The notes under the pieces: generated by a model
What the model saw: only the letters and a program-made list of their open reading frames with translations
Database searches by the model: none
What the model was told of the DNA's origin: nothing
DNA from: Pelobacter sp. UBA6093
GTDB lineage: Bacteria; Desulfobacterota; Desulfuromonadia; Desulfuromonadales; Syntrophotaleaceae
DNA: 64,000 nucleotides
Assembly (NCBI GenBank): GCA_002435955.1
Contig: DIWZ01000032.1
Location: 154,655-218,654, forward strand
Direction: 5' to 3'
Made by a program: the position numbers and the translations under genes
In this document: one piece after another, positions 23,395 to 33,168 of the stretch
Numbering within the stretch: the stretch's first letter is position 1
Layout of the letters: each line of letters opens with the position of its first letter

Positions 23395-24767
23395 GGCTGC
23401 TCCTTCGATACGCTTTGTTGCAGATCAACGCAAAGGTTTTCAAAGCGCCGGGCAAAGGCCTCCTGGTGGCGGTGGGCATGCCCGGCGCAAATCACTCGGG
23501 TCGCACCGCCCTCGCTGTGCAATTGCAACCAGAGACGCTGATGGGAAAAATAAAAGGCTGCCAACGTTCCGACCACCAGCAGCAGGCAACCGATCCAGAC
23601 GATTGGCACCCCCGGGTCGCGGCTGACTTGCAGCCCGGTATAAAAACGCTGATCGATGGACAGCAACCGGAATGCGTAAGGCGCGCTGCGATCACCGGAA
23701 ATCAGCTCAGGATCGTGAAACGCCATGGCGCGGCCGTGTTCACCGTCGGGATAGAAGAGTTGAAGACCTGCCGCCGGTCCCTGGCCGTCAAAATCGGGAA
23801 CATATCCGGCAATGACCACCGAGGTGCCGTCCGGCAAGGAGCCCGACTTATCGGAGGGCATCACCAGCTCAAAAGGCTCGCCGCCGGTTTTCGGGGTTAC
23901 CGAAAAACGAAACAGGTAGGCATCCACCCCATATCCGGACTGGTAAAAGGTCAGTCCACGATATTGAAGGGGATGGTTGACCCTGACCGGCACACGCACC
24001 TGGCCTGGAACCTCCCGACCATCTTCAAGAATGGTCAGAAGACTGCGAAACTCACGCGGTCGATCGCTGTTGTCGTAATAGTCAACGGTAAACTGATCGC
24101 AGCGTACACTGAACCCCAGCGGTTTTACGCCTTGTGTTGCGGACAGCGACAGATGATCGACCGATTGTCCTTCGGCAATGGTCACGTAACCTTGAAAACC
24201 GCCAAACCCGCCGATTACCCCGCCGAGCAGTATCACCAGAATCGCCAGATGGGTCACATAGGCACCGAGGCGCGACCAGGCCTGCTTGTGAGCAAACAAC
24301 CATATCGTGCCATCTTTTTCGTTACGCCGGACACGGGCAAAACGACTGCCCACCATAGCGGCGAGACGCTGTGCCACCTGCTCCGGAGACTGCGACTCTT
24401 GCCAGGTGCAACTCTGGGCGCGGCTTTGCAGCCGACTGGTGGGCGGGGTTAAGTCGGGGACAGCAACCTGCCTCCATACGCCGGGCAGGCGATGAACGGA
24501 ACAGGCCACCAGATTGACGGCAAACAACCCGAGCAACCCCATGAACCACCAGGAATGGTACATGTCGTGCAGTTGCAGCACCTGAATGATCCGGGCAGCA
24601 ACGGGACCAAGACGCTGTTGATAGTCGGACAGAGGGAGACCCTGCGGCAAGATGGTTCCAAGCACTGAACCGCCCGCCAACAGGAACAGGGTAACAAGGG
24701 TAAGTTTCAGGGAACACAGACGGTTCCACAGGGTCGCATGTAATTGGGGAAAACTGCCTGGATTCAT
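23391..24767 (-). CDS. resB: cytochrome c biogenesis protein ResB/CcsB (system II)
   Basis: N-terminal TM helices, a large soluble domain and a C-terminal TM helix. 4-nt overlap with ccsA. ATG at 24767 has AGGAG upstream. Confidence 0.88.
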   Translation of the reverse strand: MNPGSFPQLHATLWNRLCSLKLTLVTLFLLAGGSVLGTILPQGLPLSDYQQRLGPVAARIIQVLQLHDMYHSWWFMGLLGLFAVNLVACSVHRLPGVWRQVAVPDLTPPTSRLQSRAQSCTWQESQSPEQVAQRLAAMVGSRFARVRRNEKDGTIWLFAHKQAWSRLGAYVTHLAILVILLGGVIGGFGGFQGYVTIAEGQSVDHLSLSATQGVKPLGFSVRCDQFTVDYYDNSDRPREFRSLLTILEDGREVPGQVRVPVRVNHPLQYRGLTFYQSGYGVDAYLFRFSVTPKTGGEPFELVMPSDKSGSLPDGTSVVIAGYVPDFDGQGPAAGLQLFYPDGEHGRAMAFHDPELISGDRSAPYAFRLLSIDQRFYTGLQVSRDPGVPIVWIGCLLLVVGTLAAFYFSHQRLWLQLHSEGGATRVICAGHAHRHQEAFARRFENLCVDLQQSVSKEQP

Positions 24768-24844
24768 GACCGCTCCTGGTGGACGGCGCTGCGCCACTGA
24801 AGTAAAGCAGGCCGGGACATCCGAAGGACATCCCGGCCCGAGGA

Positions 24845-25363
24845 TTAAAAACCGTCGCGAGCCAGACGCTGCTGCAGGGCCTCGGCTTTGGTTTCCACGC
24901 CGGCCGCCAATTCCTGCTTGAAGGCGGCCAGGTTTTCGACCATGACCGGGTCGCTCCCTGCGATGATCTGGGCGGCAAAAATGCCCGCATTGCGGGCGCC
25001 CGCCTTACCGATGGCCATGGTCGCCACCGGGATGCCGGCGGGCATCTGCACCGTGGCAAGTAGCGCATCAAGCCCCTTGAGGGCCGAAGCATCCACCGGC
25101 ACGCCGATCACCGGCAGGGTCGATTCTGCGGCCACCACCCCGGCCAGGTGGGCGGCAGCACCGGCGCCGATAATCAACACACGCAAACCCCGTTGGCGGG
25201 CACTGCGGGCATATTCGGCCGTGCGCTGAGGTGAGCGATGTGCACTCGACACCGTCATCTCGAAAGGAATATTAAACTGATGCAGGGCGCGGGCCGCTTC
25301 GACCATGATATCGTAATCGCTGTCGCTGCCCATGAGGATGCCAACCAGCGGTTTGTCTTTCAT
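24845..25363 (-). CDS. purE: 5-(carboxyamino)imidazole ribonucleotide mutase PurE
   Basis: 172 aa containing [13 protein letters not shown]...SAHRSP...[11 protein letters not shown]. Confidence 0.96.
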   Translation of the reverse strand: MKDKPLVGILMGSDSDYDIMVEAARALHQFNIPFEMTVSSAHRSPQRTAEYARSARQRGLRVLIIGAGAAAHLAGVVAAESTLPVIGVPVDASALKGLDALLATVQMPAGIPVATMAIGKAGARNAGIFAAQIIAGSDPVMVENLAAFKQELAAGVETKAEALQQRLARDGF

Positions 25364-25426
25364 AACGAAGATTCTCCTGATAGCTATCTTGAGTACGAGT
25401 CAAACAGTATAAATCGGTTATCACCC

Positions 25427-25448
25427 AGGTGTCTGTCGACAGACTCCT
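25427..25448. repeat. minimal arm-to-arm palindrome related to the family termini
   Basis: AGGTGTCTGTCGACAGACTCCT lies between purD and purE. Confidence 0.5.
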
Positions 25449-25491
25449 ACACCCTATAATCGTACAGGCCCCAAGGGGGGATCCAAACTCC

Positions 25492-26763
25492 CTACCGATT
25501 CAGGGCTTTACGGCCGATATCGCTGCGATAGTGCACATCCTGCCATCGGATAGCCTTGACCCCCTGATAGGCACGGTCAATAGCTTCCGCAACGGTGGTC
25601 CCAAGCCCGGTCACACCCAGCACACGACCGCCAGCGGTGACAATTTCATCATTCTGCACAGTGGTACCGGCATGGAACACCACCACATCCTCGATGCCGG
25701 CAGCGGCATCCAGACCCTCGATAACCTGCCCCTTGACATAATCGCCGGGATAACCACCGGCCGCCATGACCACGCATACCGCGGCCTTGTCATGCCACTC
25801 CAGTTCGATGCCGGACAAATCGCCGCGGGCGCAAGCCAGCAATACCGGCACCAGATCCGACTTGAGCCGCACCAACAGCGGCTGGGTTTCGGGGTCTCCG
25901 AAGCGGGCGTTGAATTCGAGTACCTTGAGTTCGCCCTCCTTGATCATGACGCCGGCATACAGAATACTGCTGTAAGAACGCCCCTCGGCAGCCATGCCTG
26001 CAATGGTCGGCTTGAGAACCTGCTCGATGATTTTGTCGTGGATTTCCTGCGAAACCACTGGCGCGGGAGAATAGGCGCCCATGCCGCCGGTATTCGGCCC
26101 GGTATCGCCATCGTAGGCGGCTTTGTGGTCCTGAGATGAAGCCAGCGGAACTATGCGTTCGCCATCGGTAAAAGCCAGGAAGGAAGCCTCCTCCCCTTCC
26201 AGAAATTCCTCGATCACCACCCGCGCGCCGGCGCTGCCAAATGCCCCGTCGCAAAGAATCGATTCCACCGCGGCGATAGCTTCCTCGACGGTCGCCGCCA
26301 GGATCACCCCTTTGCCGGCAGCCAGTCCGTCAGCCTTGACCACAATCGGCGCGCCTTGTTGCTCAATAAAAGCCACGGCCCGGTCGCGATCGGTAAAAGT
26401 TCCGTAGCCAGCGGTCGGCACCCCGTATTTGGCCATCAGGTCTTTGGAAAAGCTCTTGCTGCCTTCGATCAGAGCCGCCGCACGCGTCGCGCCGAAGACA
26501 GTCAGGCCGGCCTCGCGAAAACGATCCACCAGGCCCAGTGTCAGAGGCAGTTCCGGACCAACGACCGTAAGACCAACCTGCTGTTGCTGCGCAAAAGCCA
26601 GCAATCCGTCAACATCATCGACCTTGATGGCGACACACGTTGCCAAACCGGCGATACCGGCATTACCCGGTGCACAGAACACCTCGGTCACCAGAGGAGA
26701 CTGGGCAATCTTCCATACCAGAGCGTGTTCGCGCCCCCCGCTGCCGATTACAAGAACTTTCAT
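25492..26763 (-). CDS. purD: phosphoribosylamine--glycine ligase PurD
   Basis: 423 aa starting MKVLVIGSGGREHAL, with an ATP-grasp core. Confidence 0.97.
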   Translation of the reverse strand: MKVLVIGSGGREHALVWKIAQSPLVTEVFCAPGNAGIAGLATCVAIKVDDVDGLLAFAQQQQVGLTVVGPELPLTLGLVDRFREAGLTVFGATRAAALIEGSKSFSKDLMAKYGVPTAGYGTFTDRDRAVAFIEQQGAPIVVKADGLAAGKGVILAATVEEAIAAVESILCDGAFGSAGARVVIEEFLEGEEASFLAFTDGERIVPLASSQDHKAAYDGDTGPNTGGMGAYSPAPVVSQEIHDKIIEQVLKPTIAGMAAEGRSYSSILYAGVMIKEGELKVLEFNARFGDPETQPLLVRLKSDLVPVLLACARGDLSGIELEWHDKAAVCVVMAAGGYPGDYVKGQVIEGLDAAAGIEDVVVFHAGTTVQNDEIVTAGGRVLGVTGLGTTVAEAIDRAYQGVKAIRWQDVHYRSDIGRKALNR

Positions 26764-26820
26764 TGCCTATTTAGCCTTTCTTTAAAATCCGAAACTGCTG
26801 CCGACGGAAAAAATCAGTCG

Positions 26821-26873
26821 AAAAACAGGTGATTAAGTGATTGGTAACCGCCAGTCACCAGTCACGAGTCACC
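26821..26873 (-). terminator. terminator- or attenuator-like imperfect hairpin built from GTGAC(T/C) heptamer repeats, followed by a T-run
   Basis: The minus strand reads GGTGACTCGTGACTGGTGACTGGCGGTTACCAATCACTTAATCACCtgTTTTT, between the purH stop and the purD start. Confidence 0.45.
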
Positions 26874-26877
26874 GCTT

Positions 26878-28443
26878 TTAATGCCGGAAATGTCGCATGC
26901 CGGTAAAGACCATTGCGATGCCGTGTTCATCGGCAGCGGCGATGACTTCCTCGTCCCGAATCGAGCCACCAGGCTGGATAACAGCCTTGATGCCGGCCTT
27001 GGCAGCATTGTCCAGGCCGTCACGGAACGGGAAGAAAGCATCGGATGCCATCACCGAACCGGGGACTGCCAGCCCGGCGAGTTCAGCCTTGATCGCGGCG
27101 ATACGGGCGGAATTGACGCGGCTCATCTGACCTGCGCCGACGCCAATGGTCATGCCACCCTTACCGTACACAATGGCATTGGATTTGACGAACTTGGCTA
27201 CGCGCCAGGTAAACAGCAGATCCCGCATTTCGTCCTCGGTGGGAACGCGTTTGGTCACCGTCTTGAGTTCGCCGTTCAGCAGCAGGTCGGCATCCTGCAC
27301 CAGCAGACCACCATTGACCCGCTTGAAATCGTAGCGGTTTCCAGGCTGCTGCGGCCAATATCCGCATACCAGCAACCGCACGTTTTTCTTGGAAGCGATG
27401 ATTTCGATGGCATCATTGGCAACCGCCGGCGCGATGATCACCTCAACGAACTGGCGATCGACGATGGCCTGGGCGGTTTCACCATCCAGGTCCTGGTTAA
27501 AAGCGATGATGCCGCCAAAGGCCGATTCCGGATCGGTGGAAAAAGCACGGTTATAAGCATCGAGCAAGGTGTTGCCAAGCGCCACGCCGCAAGGATTGGC
27601 GTGCTTGACGATGACACACGCCGGACCTTCATCGAACTGCTTGACGCATTCCAGGGCCGCATCGGTATCGGCGATATTGTTGTAGGAAAGCTCTTTGCCC
27701 TGCAGTTGGCGAGCGGTGGAAATGCTGGCCTCCGGCACGTTGCGTTCGACGTAAAAAGCGGCCTTCTGATGGGGATTCTCGCCGTAACGCATATCCTGGG
27801 CTTTTTTGTACTGCAGGGTCATGGTGTCGGGAAAATTTTCAAGTTCGTCCCCGATGCGCTGTCCCAGCCAGTTGGAAATGGCACCATCATAGGCGGCAGT
27901 ATGCTGGTAAACCTTTACAGCCAGCTTAAAGTTGGTGCCCCGTGAAACGGCCCCGCCGCTGCCGCGCATCTCGCCCAGCACCTGCGCGTAGTCGACATGG
28001 TCGACGATAACCGTGACATCGCGGTTGTTCTTGGCCGCGCTGCGCAGCATGGTCGGTCCGCCGATGTCGATGTTTTCGATGGCGTCTTCGAGGGGACAAT
28101 CGGGTTTGGCGACCGTCGCTTCGAAAGGGTAAAGATTAACCACCACCATATCGATGGGCTCGATGCCGTGTTCCTTCATCTTGGCCACATGTGCAGGGTT
28201 ATCGCGCATTCCGAGCAAGCCACCGTGTACTTTGGGATGCAGGGTCTTTACCCGTCCGTCGAGCATCTCGGGAAAACCGGTATATTCCGAGACATCCTTA
28301 ACAGCAAGACCTTCCTGCCGCAACAACGAGGCGGTCCCGCCCGTCGAAAGGATTTCCACGCCAAAACCCGACAGTTCCCTGGCGAATTCGATAATACCGG
28401 TTTTATCCGAAACACTGATCAACGCGCGTTTGATGACGGCCAT
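26878..28443 (-). CDS. purH: bifunctional AICAR transformylase / IMP cyclohydrolase PurH
   Basis: N-terminus [16 protein letters not shown] and C-terminus ...[13 protein letters not shown] at 28443 is preferred over the 545-aa ORF-track form. Confidence 0.96.
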   Translation of the reverse strand: MAVIKRALISVSDKTGIIEFARELSGFGVEILSTGGTASLLRQEGLAVKDVSEYTGFPEMLDGRVKTLHPKVHGGLLGMRDNPAHVAKMKEHGIEPIDMVVVNLYPFEATVAKPDCPLEDAIENIDIGGPTMLRSAAKNNRDVTVIVDHVDYAQVLGEMRGSGGAVSRGTNFKLAVKVYQHTAAYDGAISNWLGQRIGDELENFPDTMTLQYKKAQDMRYGENPHQKAAFYVERNVPEASISTARQLQGKELSYNNIADTDAALECVKQFDEGPACVIVKHANPCGVALGNTLLDAYNRAFSTDPESAFGGIIAFNQDLDGETAQAIVDRQFVEVIIAPAVANDAIEIIASKKNVRLLVCGYWPQQPGNRYDFKRVNGGLLVQDADLLLNGELKTVTKRVPTEDEMRDLLFTWRVAKFVKSNAIVYGKGGMTIGVGAGQMSRVNSARIAAIKAELAGLAVPGSVMASDAFFPFRDGLDNAAKAGIKAVIQPGGSIRDEEVIAAADEHGIAMVFTGMRHFRH

Positions 28444-28561
28444 GATTAAATCCTTTTCTGCTGTAAAATACGAGTGCTGACGCCATTGTCGGCAAAAACG
28501 CCGTAATCGGGTCAACCTTAAGGGGGGATAAAAACAAAAAAACCGTCATTTCGGCGGTTTT

Positions 28562-29794
28562 CTAGAAATCCATAGCGTTAATAAAAGCTTTTTCAAAAGC
28601 CGGGGTTCCCGAAAGGGGCAATGGTTGTAAAGCCGCCGCCAGCCGTTGTGCGTGTTCGGGTCCCCGGGCATCGAGCAACAACTTCCCGACTCCAGCCAGC
28701 ACACCGGCCTCCGCAAAGCGTACTTTATCTACCATGTTTACAGGGAGCATGGCAACCCTTTTCAAAACCTGCCGGGACATGGAAAACCCGAAGGCGCCGG
28801 TGAGCGTAACCTGCTCCACGGCGGAAGATTCCAGTCCTGCACGCTGCAGCAGACATTCGGTGCCGGCATGCACCGCGGCTTTGGCCAGTTGAAAATTGCG
28901 CACATCCTGTTGAGCGATCAGCACATCGACCACAGCATCGCGATACAGGCGCAAAGCCCTTCCCCTCGGCGTTTCGACAATATATCTGGACAGGTTGGTC
29001 GGCACTGCAAGGGGATCGACGATGGTTCCGTGACCATCGATAAGGCCGCCATCCAGAGCGGCCGCCAGGATTGCAGCCAGGCCGCTGCCGCACACGCCAC
29101 GTGGCACACCCCCGCCGATCACCGTAAGCCGCAGGGCATCCTCGACGACGCAGACATCGCTGATGGCGCCGGTCTGTGCGATCATGCCGCAAGAGATGTC
29201 GCCTCCTTCAAACGCCGGCCCGGCAGCCACCGACGTCACCCGCCAATGCCCGCTGGCATACAGAGCCATCTCGCCGTTGGTTCCGGCATCGAGAAAAAAA
29301 CTGTTTTCCGGAACATCGGTTTGTGCGTAGAGAAAAGCCACCAGATCACCCCCGACATAACCGCTGACCAGGGGGAACAGATACAGGGGTACCGACAGGC
29401 CGAGATCCAGCTGTTCGCCTGACAGGTAAACCGCTTCGCGACAGGATGGACGGTGGGGAGGGAAAAGGATCGAGTCTACCGGCAGGCAGCGCAGCAGATA
29501 AACCATACCCGGATTGCCGGCGGCGGCGGCGCCGGCGATATCGGCAGTCTGCAACCCCGCTTGGCGCAACAGCGAACCGATAAGCTCCATCAGGCCGTCG
29601 CGCAGCAAAGCCTGCAGCCGGCAGCCATCGCCGGCCAAGGCCTTTTCCAGGCGGCGCATGATATCAGTCCCCATAACCACCTGGGGATTGAGCAGTCGCG
29701 CCTGTGCCCGCATCCGGCCGTCGGCATCGAGCAGACGTCCGGCCAGGGTGGTGGTACCAAGATCGAGCGCCAGCAGACATCGGCCGTGGCTCAT
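28562..29794 (-). CDS. ASKHA-fold ATPase, DUF4445 family (RACo-like C-terminal module without an N-terminal Fe-S domain)
   Basis: Phosphate-binding motifs LALDLGTTT and DAGTNGEMAL are present. ATG at 29794 (MSHGRC...) has GGAGA upstream. The family call is from memory and unverified. Confidence 0.65.
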   Translation of the reverse strand: MSHGRCLLALDLGTTTLAGRLLDADGRMRAQARLLNPQVVMGTDIMRRLEKALAGDGCRLQALLRDGLMELIGSLLRQAGLQTADIAGAAAAGNPGMVYLLRCLPVDSILFPPHRPSCREAVYLSGEQLDLGLSVPLYLFPLVSGYVGGDLVAFLYAQTDVPENSFFLDAGTNGEMALYASGHWRVTSVAAGPAFEGGDISCGMIAQTGAISDVCVVEDALRLTVIGGGVPRGVCGSGLAAILAAALDGGLIDGHGTIVDPLAVPTNLSRYIVETPRGRALRLYRDAVVDVLIAQQDVRNFQLAKAAVHAGTECLLQRAGLESSAVEQVTLTGAFGFSMSRQVLKRVAMLPVNMVDKVRFAEAGVLAGVGKLLLDARGPEHAQRLAAALQPLPLSGTPAFEKAFINAMDF

Positions 29795-29802
29795 CCGTTC
29801 TC

Positions 29803-29838
29803 CTTGGAGCCGGCGCATGGATAGTCCGACAGGCTCCT
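29803..29838. repeat. same family, right half only (copy A)
   Basis: GGAGCCGGCGCATGGATAGTCCGACAGGCTCC, just upstream of the DUF4445 gene start. Confidence 0.65.
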
Positions 29839-29911
29839 TGCAGGGGTTAAATTATTCATGTGGCCGAAGAACAAACCGAACACATCAAAGCCATCGATGC
29901 GCGATAACCCG

Positions 29912-31045
29912 CTACTTGCCGTGACTGACGCGCGGCACCCGCTTGCTGAACTGACAGAATACTTCGTAACTGATGGTACCGATGCGCTGCGCCCATTCGT
30001 CGGCAGAGATGCATTGACCGTTATCGCAACCCAGCAGGGTGACCTCGTCGCCGACGACCACCTCGGGAATGTCGGTTACATCGATCATGGTCCAGTCCAT
30101 GCAGACGGTTCCGGCCACCCTGGCGCGCTGACCGCGCACCAGTACTTCTCCGACATTGGACAGATGACGGCTGTAACCGTCGGCATAACCAACCGGAATG
30201 ACCGCCAGAACCGACGGACGCTGCGCCACGAAACGATGCCCGTAGGACACGCCGGTACCTGCCGGCACGCTTCGTACCTGCGCTACACGGGAACGAAAAC
30301 TCATCACCGGTCTCAAATCAAAACGCCCGGCAAAAGCCGAACTGGGCAACCCGCCATAAAGCAGAATACCGGGTCGCGACAGGTTGCATTCTGGCACCTG
30401 CCTTGTCAACAAGGCGGCACTGTTGCTCAAATGAATATAACGCGGAGCAAAACCGGCCTGCCGGACCAGAGCCAGACAGGCTCGAAAAGTCGCCACCTGC
30501 TGCTGATTGATGGCATCTTCCGGTTCGTCGGCCATGGCCAGGTGAGAAAACAGTCCGTCCATGTGCAACCCTGGCAACGTGTCCAATTCTTCCAGCACCC
30601 GGGGAAGATCCTCGGGACGGAAACCGACGCGGCTCATGCCGGTATCCAGCTTCAGGTGATAATGCAGCACCACGTTGGCCGATCGCGCCCAGCCATCCAG
30701 GCGTCGTGCAGCATCCATATCGAAAATGGTCGGAACCAGATCGAAGTGCAGCAGATCTTTCTCCTGACCGGGGTAGAGGCCGCCAAGCACCAGAATCGGA
30801 CAGACTACCCCCGCCTCTCGCAACGCGACGCCTTCTTCCACAATGGCCACACCGAACATCTGCGCACCGGCATCCTGCAATGCCATGGAAACCCGCGAAG
30901 CACCATGGCCGTAGGCATCGGCCTTGACAACGGCCAGAATCCCCTGCCCCGGCCCAGCCAACTGTTGAGCCTGGCGAAAGTTATGCTTTAATGCCTCAAG
31001 ATCGATTTCAACACGGGTGGGACGATGTCCCCAGGGATCGTTCAT
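29912..31045 (-). CDS. alr: alanine racemase
   Basis: 377 aa with PLP-lysine motif AVVKADAYGHGA and a C-terminal beta domain. Confidence 0.95.
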   Translation of the reverse strand: MNDPWGHRPTRVEIDLEALKHNFRQAQQLAGPGQGILAVVKADAYGHGASRVSMALQDAGAQMFGVAIVEEGVALREAGVVCPILVLGGLYPGQEKDLLHFDLVPTIFDMDAARRLDGWARSANVVLHYHLKLDTGMSRVGFRPEDLPRVLEELDTLPGLHMDGLFSHLAMADEPEDAINQQQVATFRACLALVRQAGFAPRYIHLSNSAALLTRQVPECNLSRPGILLYGGLPSSAFAGRFDLRPVMSFRSRVAQVRSVPAGTGVSYGHRFVAQRPSVLAVIPVGYADGYSRHLSNVGEVLVRGQRARVAGTVCMDWTMIDVTDIPEVVVGDEVTLLGCDNGQCISADEWAQRIGTISYEVFCQFSKRVPRVSHGK

Positions 31046-31271
31046 GACAGCTTATTCCTGTATCTGAAATAATATCGGCCGGATAAGAACCGAAGACAAA
31101 ACGGGAAAATACGACCAGGCACAGGTGACCTCCGGCCTGGCGGTGCTACTTGGAAGACCCTGCCACCGATCGGTAACAGGTTACAAACCCGCGAAAAACT
31201 CTTAGCACGACACCCCATGACTGTAAAGGGCAAAACTGCCTTTTACCCTGGCGGCGGCTGCCGGGGGTTGC

Positions 31272-31300
31272 TTGACAGGCAAAACAGCATTCGCTAAAGT
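31272..31300 (+). promoter_or_regulatory. candidate sigma70 promoter (TTGACA-17-TAAAGT)
   Basis: Consensus -35 hexamer, 17-nt spacer and a 4/6 -10 hexamer. It lies about 210 nt upstream of the TPP aptamer. Confidence 0.45.
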
Positions 31301-31415
31301 GCTGCGGTTTCCGAAAACATCAAACTTGATGGCCATAATTCGGCTTTACATGATACGCTGGTGAGGTATTAAAATATACGGGCGTATACGCTTAACCGGT
31401 TCACGAACATAACCG

Positions 31416-31516
31416 CTAGGAACCTGTCGGACTATCCGGGCCGAAGCGATAATTTGGATGTTTGAGAACATCTGAATTTGCAGCCGGCGCATGAAAAGTC
31501 CGACAGCCTCCTAAGG
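31416..31516. repeat. same element family, long form with ~30-nt internal insertion (copy B)
   Basis: CTAGGAACCTGTCGGACTATCCGGGCCGAA-[GCGATAATTTGGATGTTTGAGAACATCTG]-AATTTGCAGCCGGCGCATGAAAAGTCCGACAGCCTCCTAAGG. Confidence 0.8.
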
Positions 31517-31600
31517 GCGTCTTTGCATTGAGAATTCCGCGTAATGCGGGATAACCTTTGGAACCTGACCCGGGTCATGCCGGCGCAGGGAGCGGTGTCG
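31513..31600 (+). promoter_or_regulatory. TPP (THI-box) riboswitch aptamer
   Basis: ...TTGAGAA-[CCGCGTAATGCGG hairpin]-ATAACCTTTGGAACCTGACCCGGGTCATGCCGGCGCAGGGAG matches the conserved CUGAGA ... ACCUGAUCUGGAUAAUGCCAGCGUAGGGAA core. It lies directly upstream of thiED-thiC. Confidence 0.85.
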
Positions 31601-31615
31601 CAAGGCAATCGTGAT

Positions 31616-31650
31616 GATCGTCACGTGCTTTCCGGCCGTGACGATTTTTT
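31616..31650 (+). terminator. riboswitch expression-platform intrinsic terminator
   Basis: Stem GATCGTCACG / CGTGACGAT followed by TTTTTT, about 20 nt before the thiED ATG. Confidence 0.8.
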
Positions 31651-31670
31651 ATATTCAACGAGAGGCCCTC

Positions 31671-33110
31671 ATGAAAACCAGGCATATCCAGGGTCTGTAT
31701 CTCATAACCGACGATTCCCATGGCGAACAGTTGCAGACCAAACTGGCCGCCGCGCTCAAGGGCGGTACCCGCATTGTGCAATACCGGGGCAAAAACCTGC
31801 CAGCGTCGATGCAGCGGCTGGAGGCACGGATGGTTTGCACCCTGTGCCGTCAGGCCGGCGCCCTGTTCATCGTCAACGACGACCCACACCTGGCCCTGGA
31901 TTGTCAAGCCGACGGCGTGCATCTCGGCCAGCAGGATATGAGCATTGCCGAAGCCCGCACCCTGCTCGGACCGGATAAAATCATCGGCACATCCAACCGC
32001 ACCGCAGAACAGGCCGTCGCTTCGCAACAGGCCGGTGCCGACTACGTCGCTATCGGCAGCATTTACCCCACCGACAGCAAACACGATGCCGTGCATATAG
32101 GACTCGACGTTTTGCGCGACATCCGACGTGCCGTCGAGGTGCCGTTGGTGGCCATCGGCGGCATCGACCGCGACCGGGCAGGCGCAGTCATCGATGCCGG
32201 CGCCGACGCCATCGCCCTGATTTCCGCCGTCATGGCCGATCCCAGCCCGGCACTGGCCGCGCGGGAAATCGCCCTGCAGTTCAACCGCCGCGCCCCCATG
32301 CCCCGCGGCAAGGTATTGACCGTGGCCGGTTCCGACAGCGGCGGCGGCGCCGGCATCCAGGCCGACCTCAAGACCATTACCCTGCTGGGTAGTTACGGCA
32401 TGAGCGTCATCACCGCCCTGACCGCCCAGAATACCTGTGGGGTACGGAGCATTTACCCGATCCCCGCTGCCTTTGTCGGCGAGCAACTGGTGGCGGTGCT
32501 TGACGATCTTGCTCCAGAGGTAGTCAAGACTGGTATGCTGCTCGATGCCGCCATCGTGTTTCTGGTCGCCCGGGCCCTGCAAGAGCACGGCCTGCTGGCG
32601 GTGGTCGACCCGGTCATGGTCGCCAAAGGGGGTACCCTGCTGCTGCGCGAAGAGGCCACCAAGGCCTGCCGTGAACACCTGTTGCCTCACACCTATCTGC
32701 TCACCCCCAACCTGCCGGAAGCCGGGCAACTGACCGGCTTGCAGGTGCACAGCGAAGCGGATATGGAAAAAGCCGCCCGACGTTTGCAGCAACTCGGTGC
32801 CCGCAACGTCCTGTTAAAGGGTGGCCACCTCGACGGCGAAGCCGTTGACTTGCTGCTAGACGGCGACACCCTGCACCGGCTGCCGGCAAAACGCATCGAC
32901 AGCCGCAATACCCACGGCACCGGCTGCAGCAGTTCCGCGGCCATCGCCGCTCTGCTGGCAAGCGGGCATCCACTGCCGCAAGCGGTAATCCTGGCCAAGG
33001 AATTTATTTCCGAAGCGATTCGCACCGCCGGCGACCTCGGCGCAGGCCACGGGCCGGTCAATCACTATATCGCCGCGCAACAGCTGATGAGCAAAATCAA
33101 AAAATATTGA
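31671..33110 (+). CDS. thiED: fused thiamine-phosphate synthase (ThiE, N-terminal) / hydroxymethylpyrimidine-phosphate kinase (ThiD, C-terminal)
   Basis: The N-terminal ~205 aa resemble ThiE (LYLITD..., VAIGGI). The C-terminal part has LTVAGSDSGGGAGIQADLKT and THGTGC ThiD motifs. ATG at 31671 follows the riboswitch terminator. Confidence 0.9.
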   Translation: MKTRHIQGLYLITDDSHGEQLQTKLAAALKGGTRIVQYRGKNLPASMQRLEARMVCTLCRQAGALFIVNDDPHLALDCQADGVHLGQQDMSIAEARTLLGPDKIIGTSNRTAEQAVASQQAGADYVAIGSIYPTDSKHDAVHIGLDVLRDIRRAVEVPLVAIGGIDRDRAGAVIDAGADAIALISAVMADPSPALAAREIALQFNRRAPMPRGKVLTVAGSDSGGGAGIQADLKTITLLGSYGMSVITALTAQNTCGVRSIYPIPAAFVGEQLVAVLDDLAPEVVKTGMLLDAAIVFLVARALQEHGLLAVVDPVMVAKGGTLLLREEATKACREHLLPHTYLLTPNLPEAGQLTGLQVHSEADMEKAARRLQQLGARNVLLKGGHLDGEAVDLLLDGDTLHRLPAKRIDSRNTHGTGCSSSAAIAALLASGHPLPQAVILAKEFISEAIRTAGDLGAGHGPVNHYIAAQQLMSKIKKY

Positions 33111-33168
33111 CACGCTTTCACATCTTGCAGCTTACGACTTACAGCTTTCATGCTTGAGAGGTAGATTC

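Noticed and set aside
31042-31233. 63-aa minus-strand ORF overlapping the alr start region.
   Set aside because: It overlaps the alr ATG and has no SD. The sequence is Arg/Pro-rich and looks like non-coding leader.
33111-33168. Possible second TPP riboswitch in front of thiC.
   Set aside because: The gap is only 58 nt and has no THI-box core. thiC is most simply co-transcribed with thiED.
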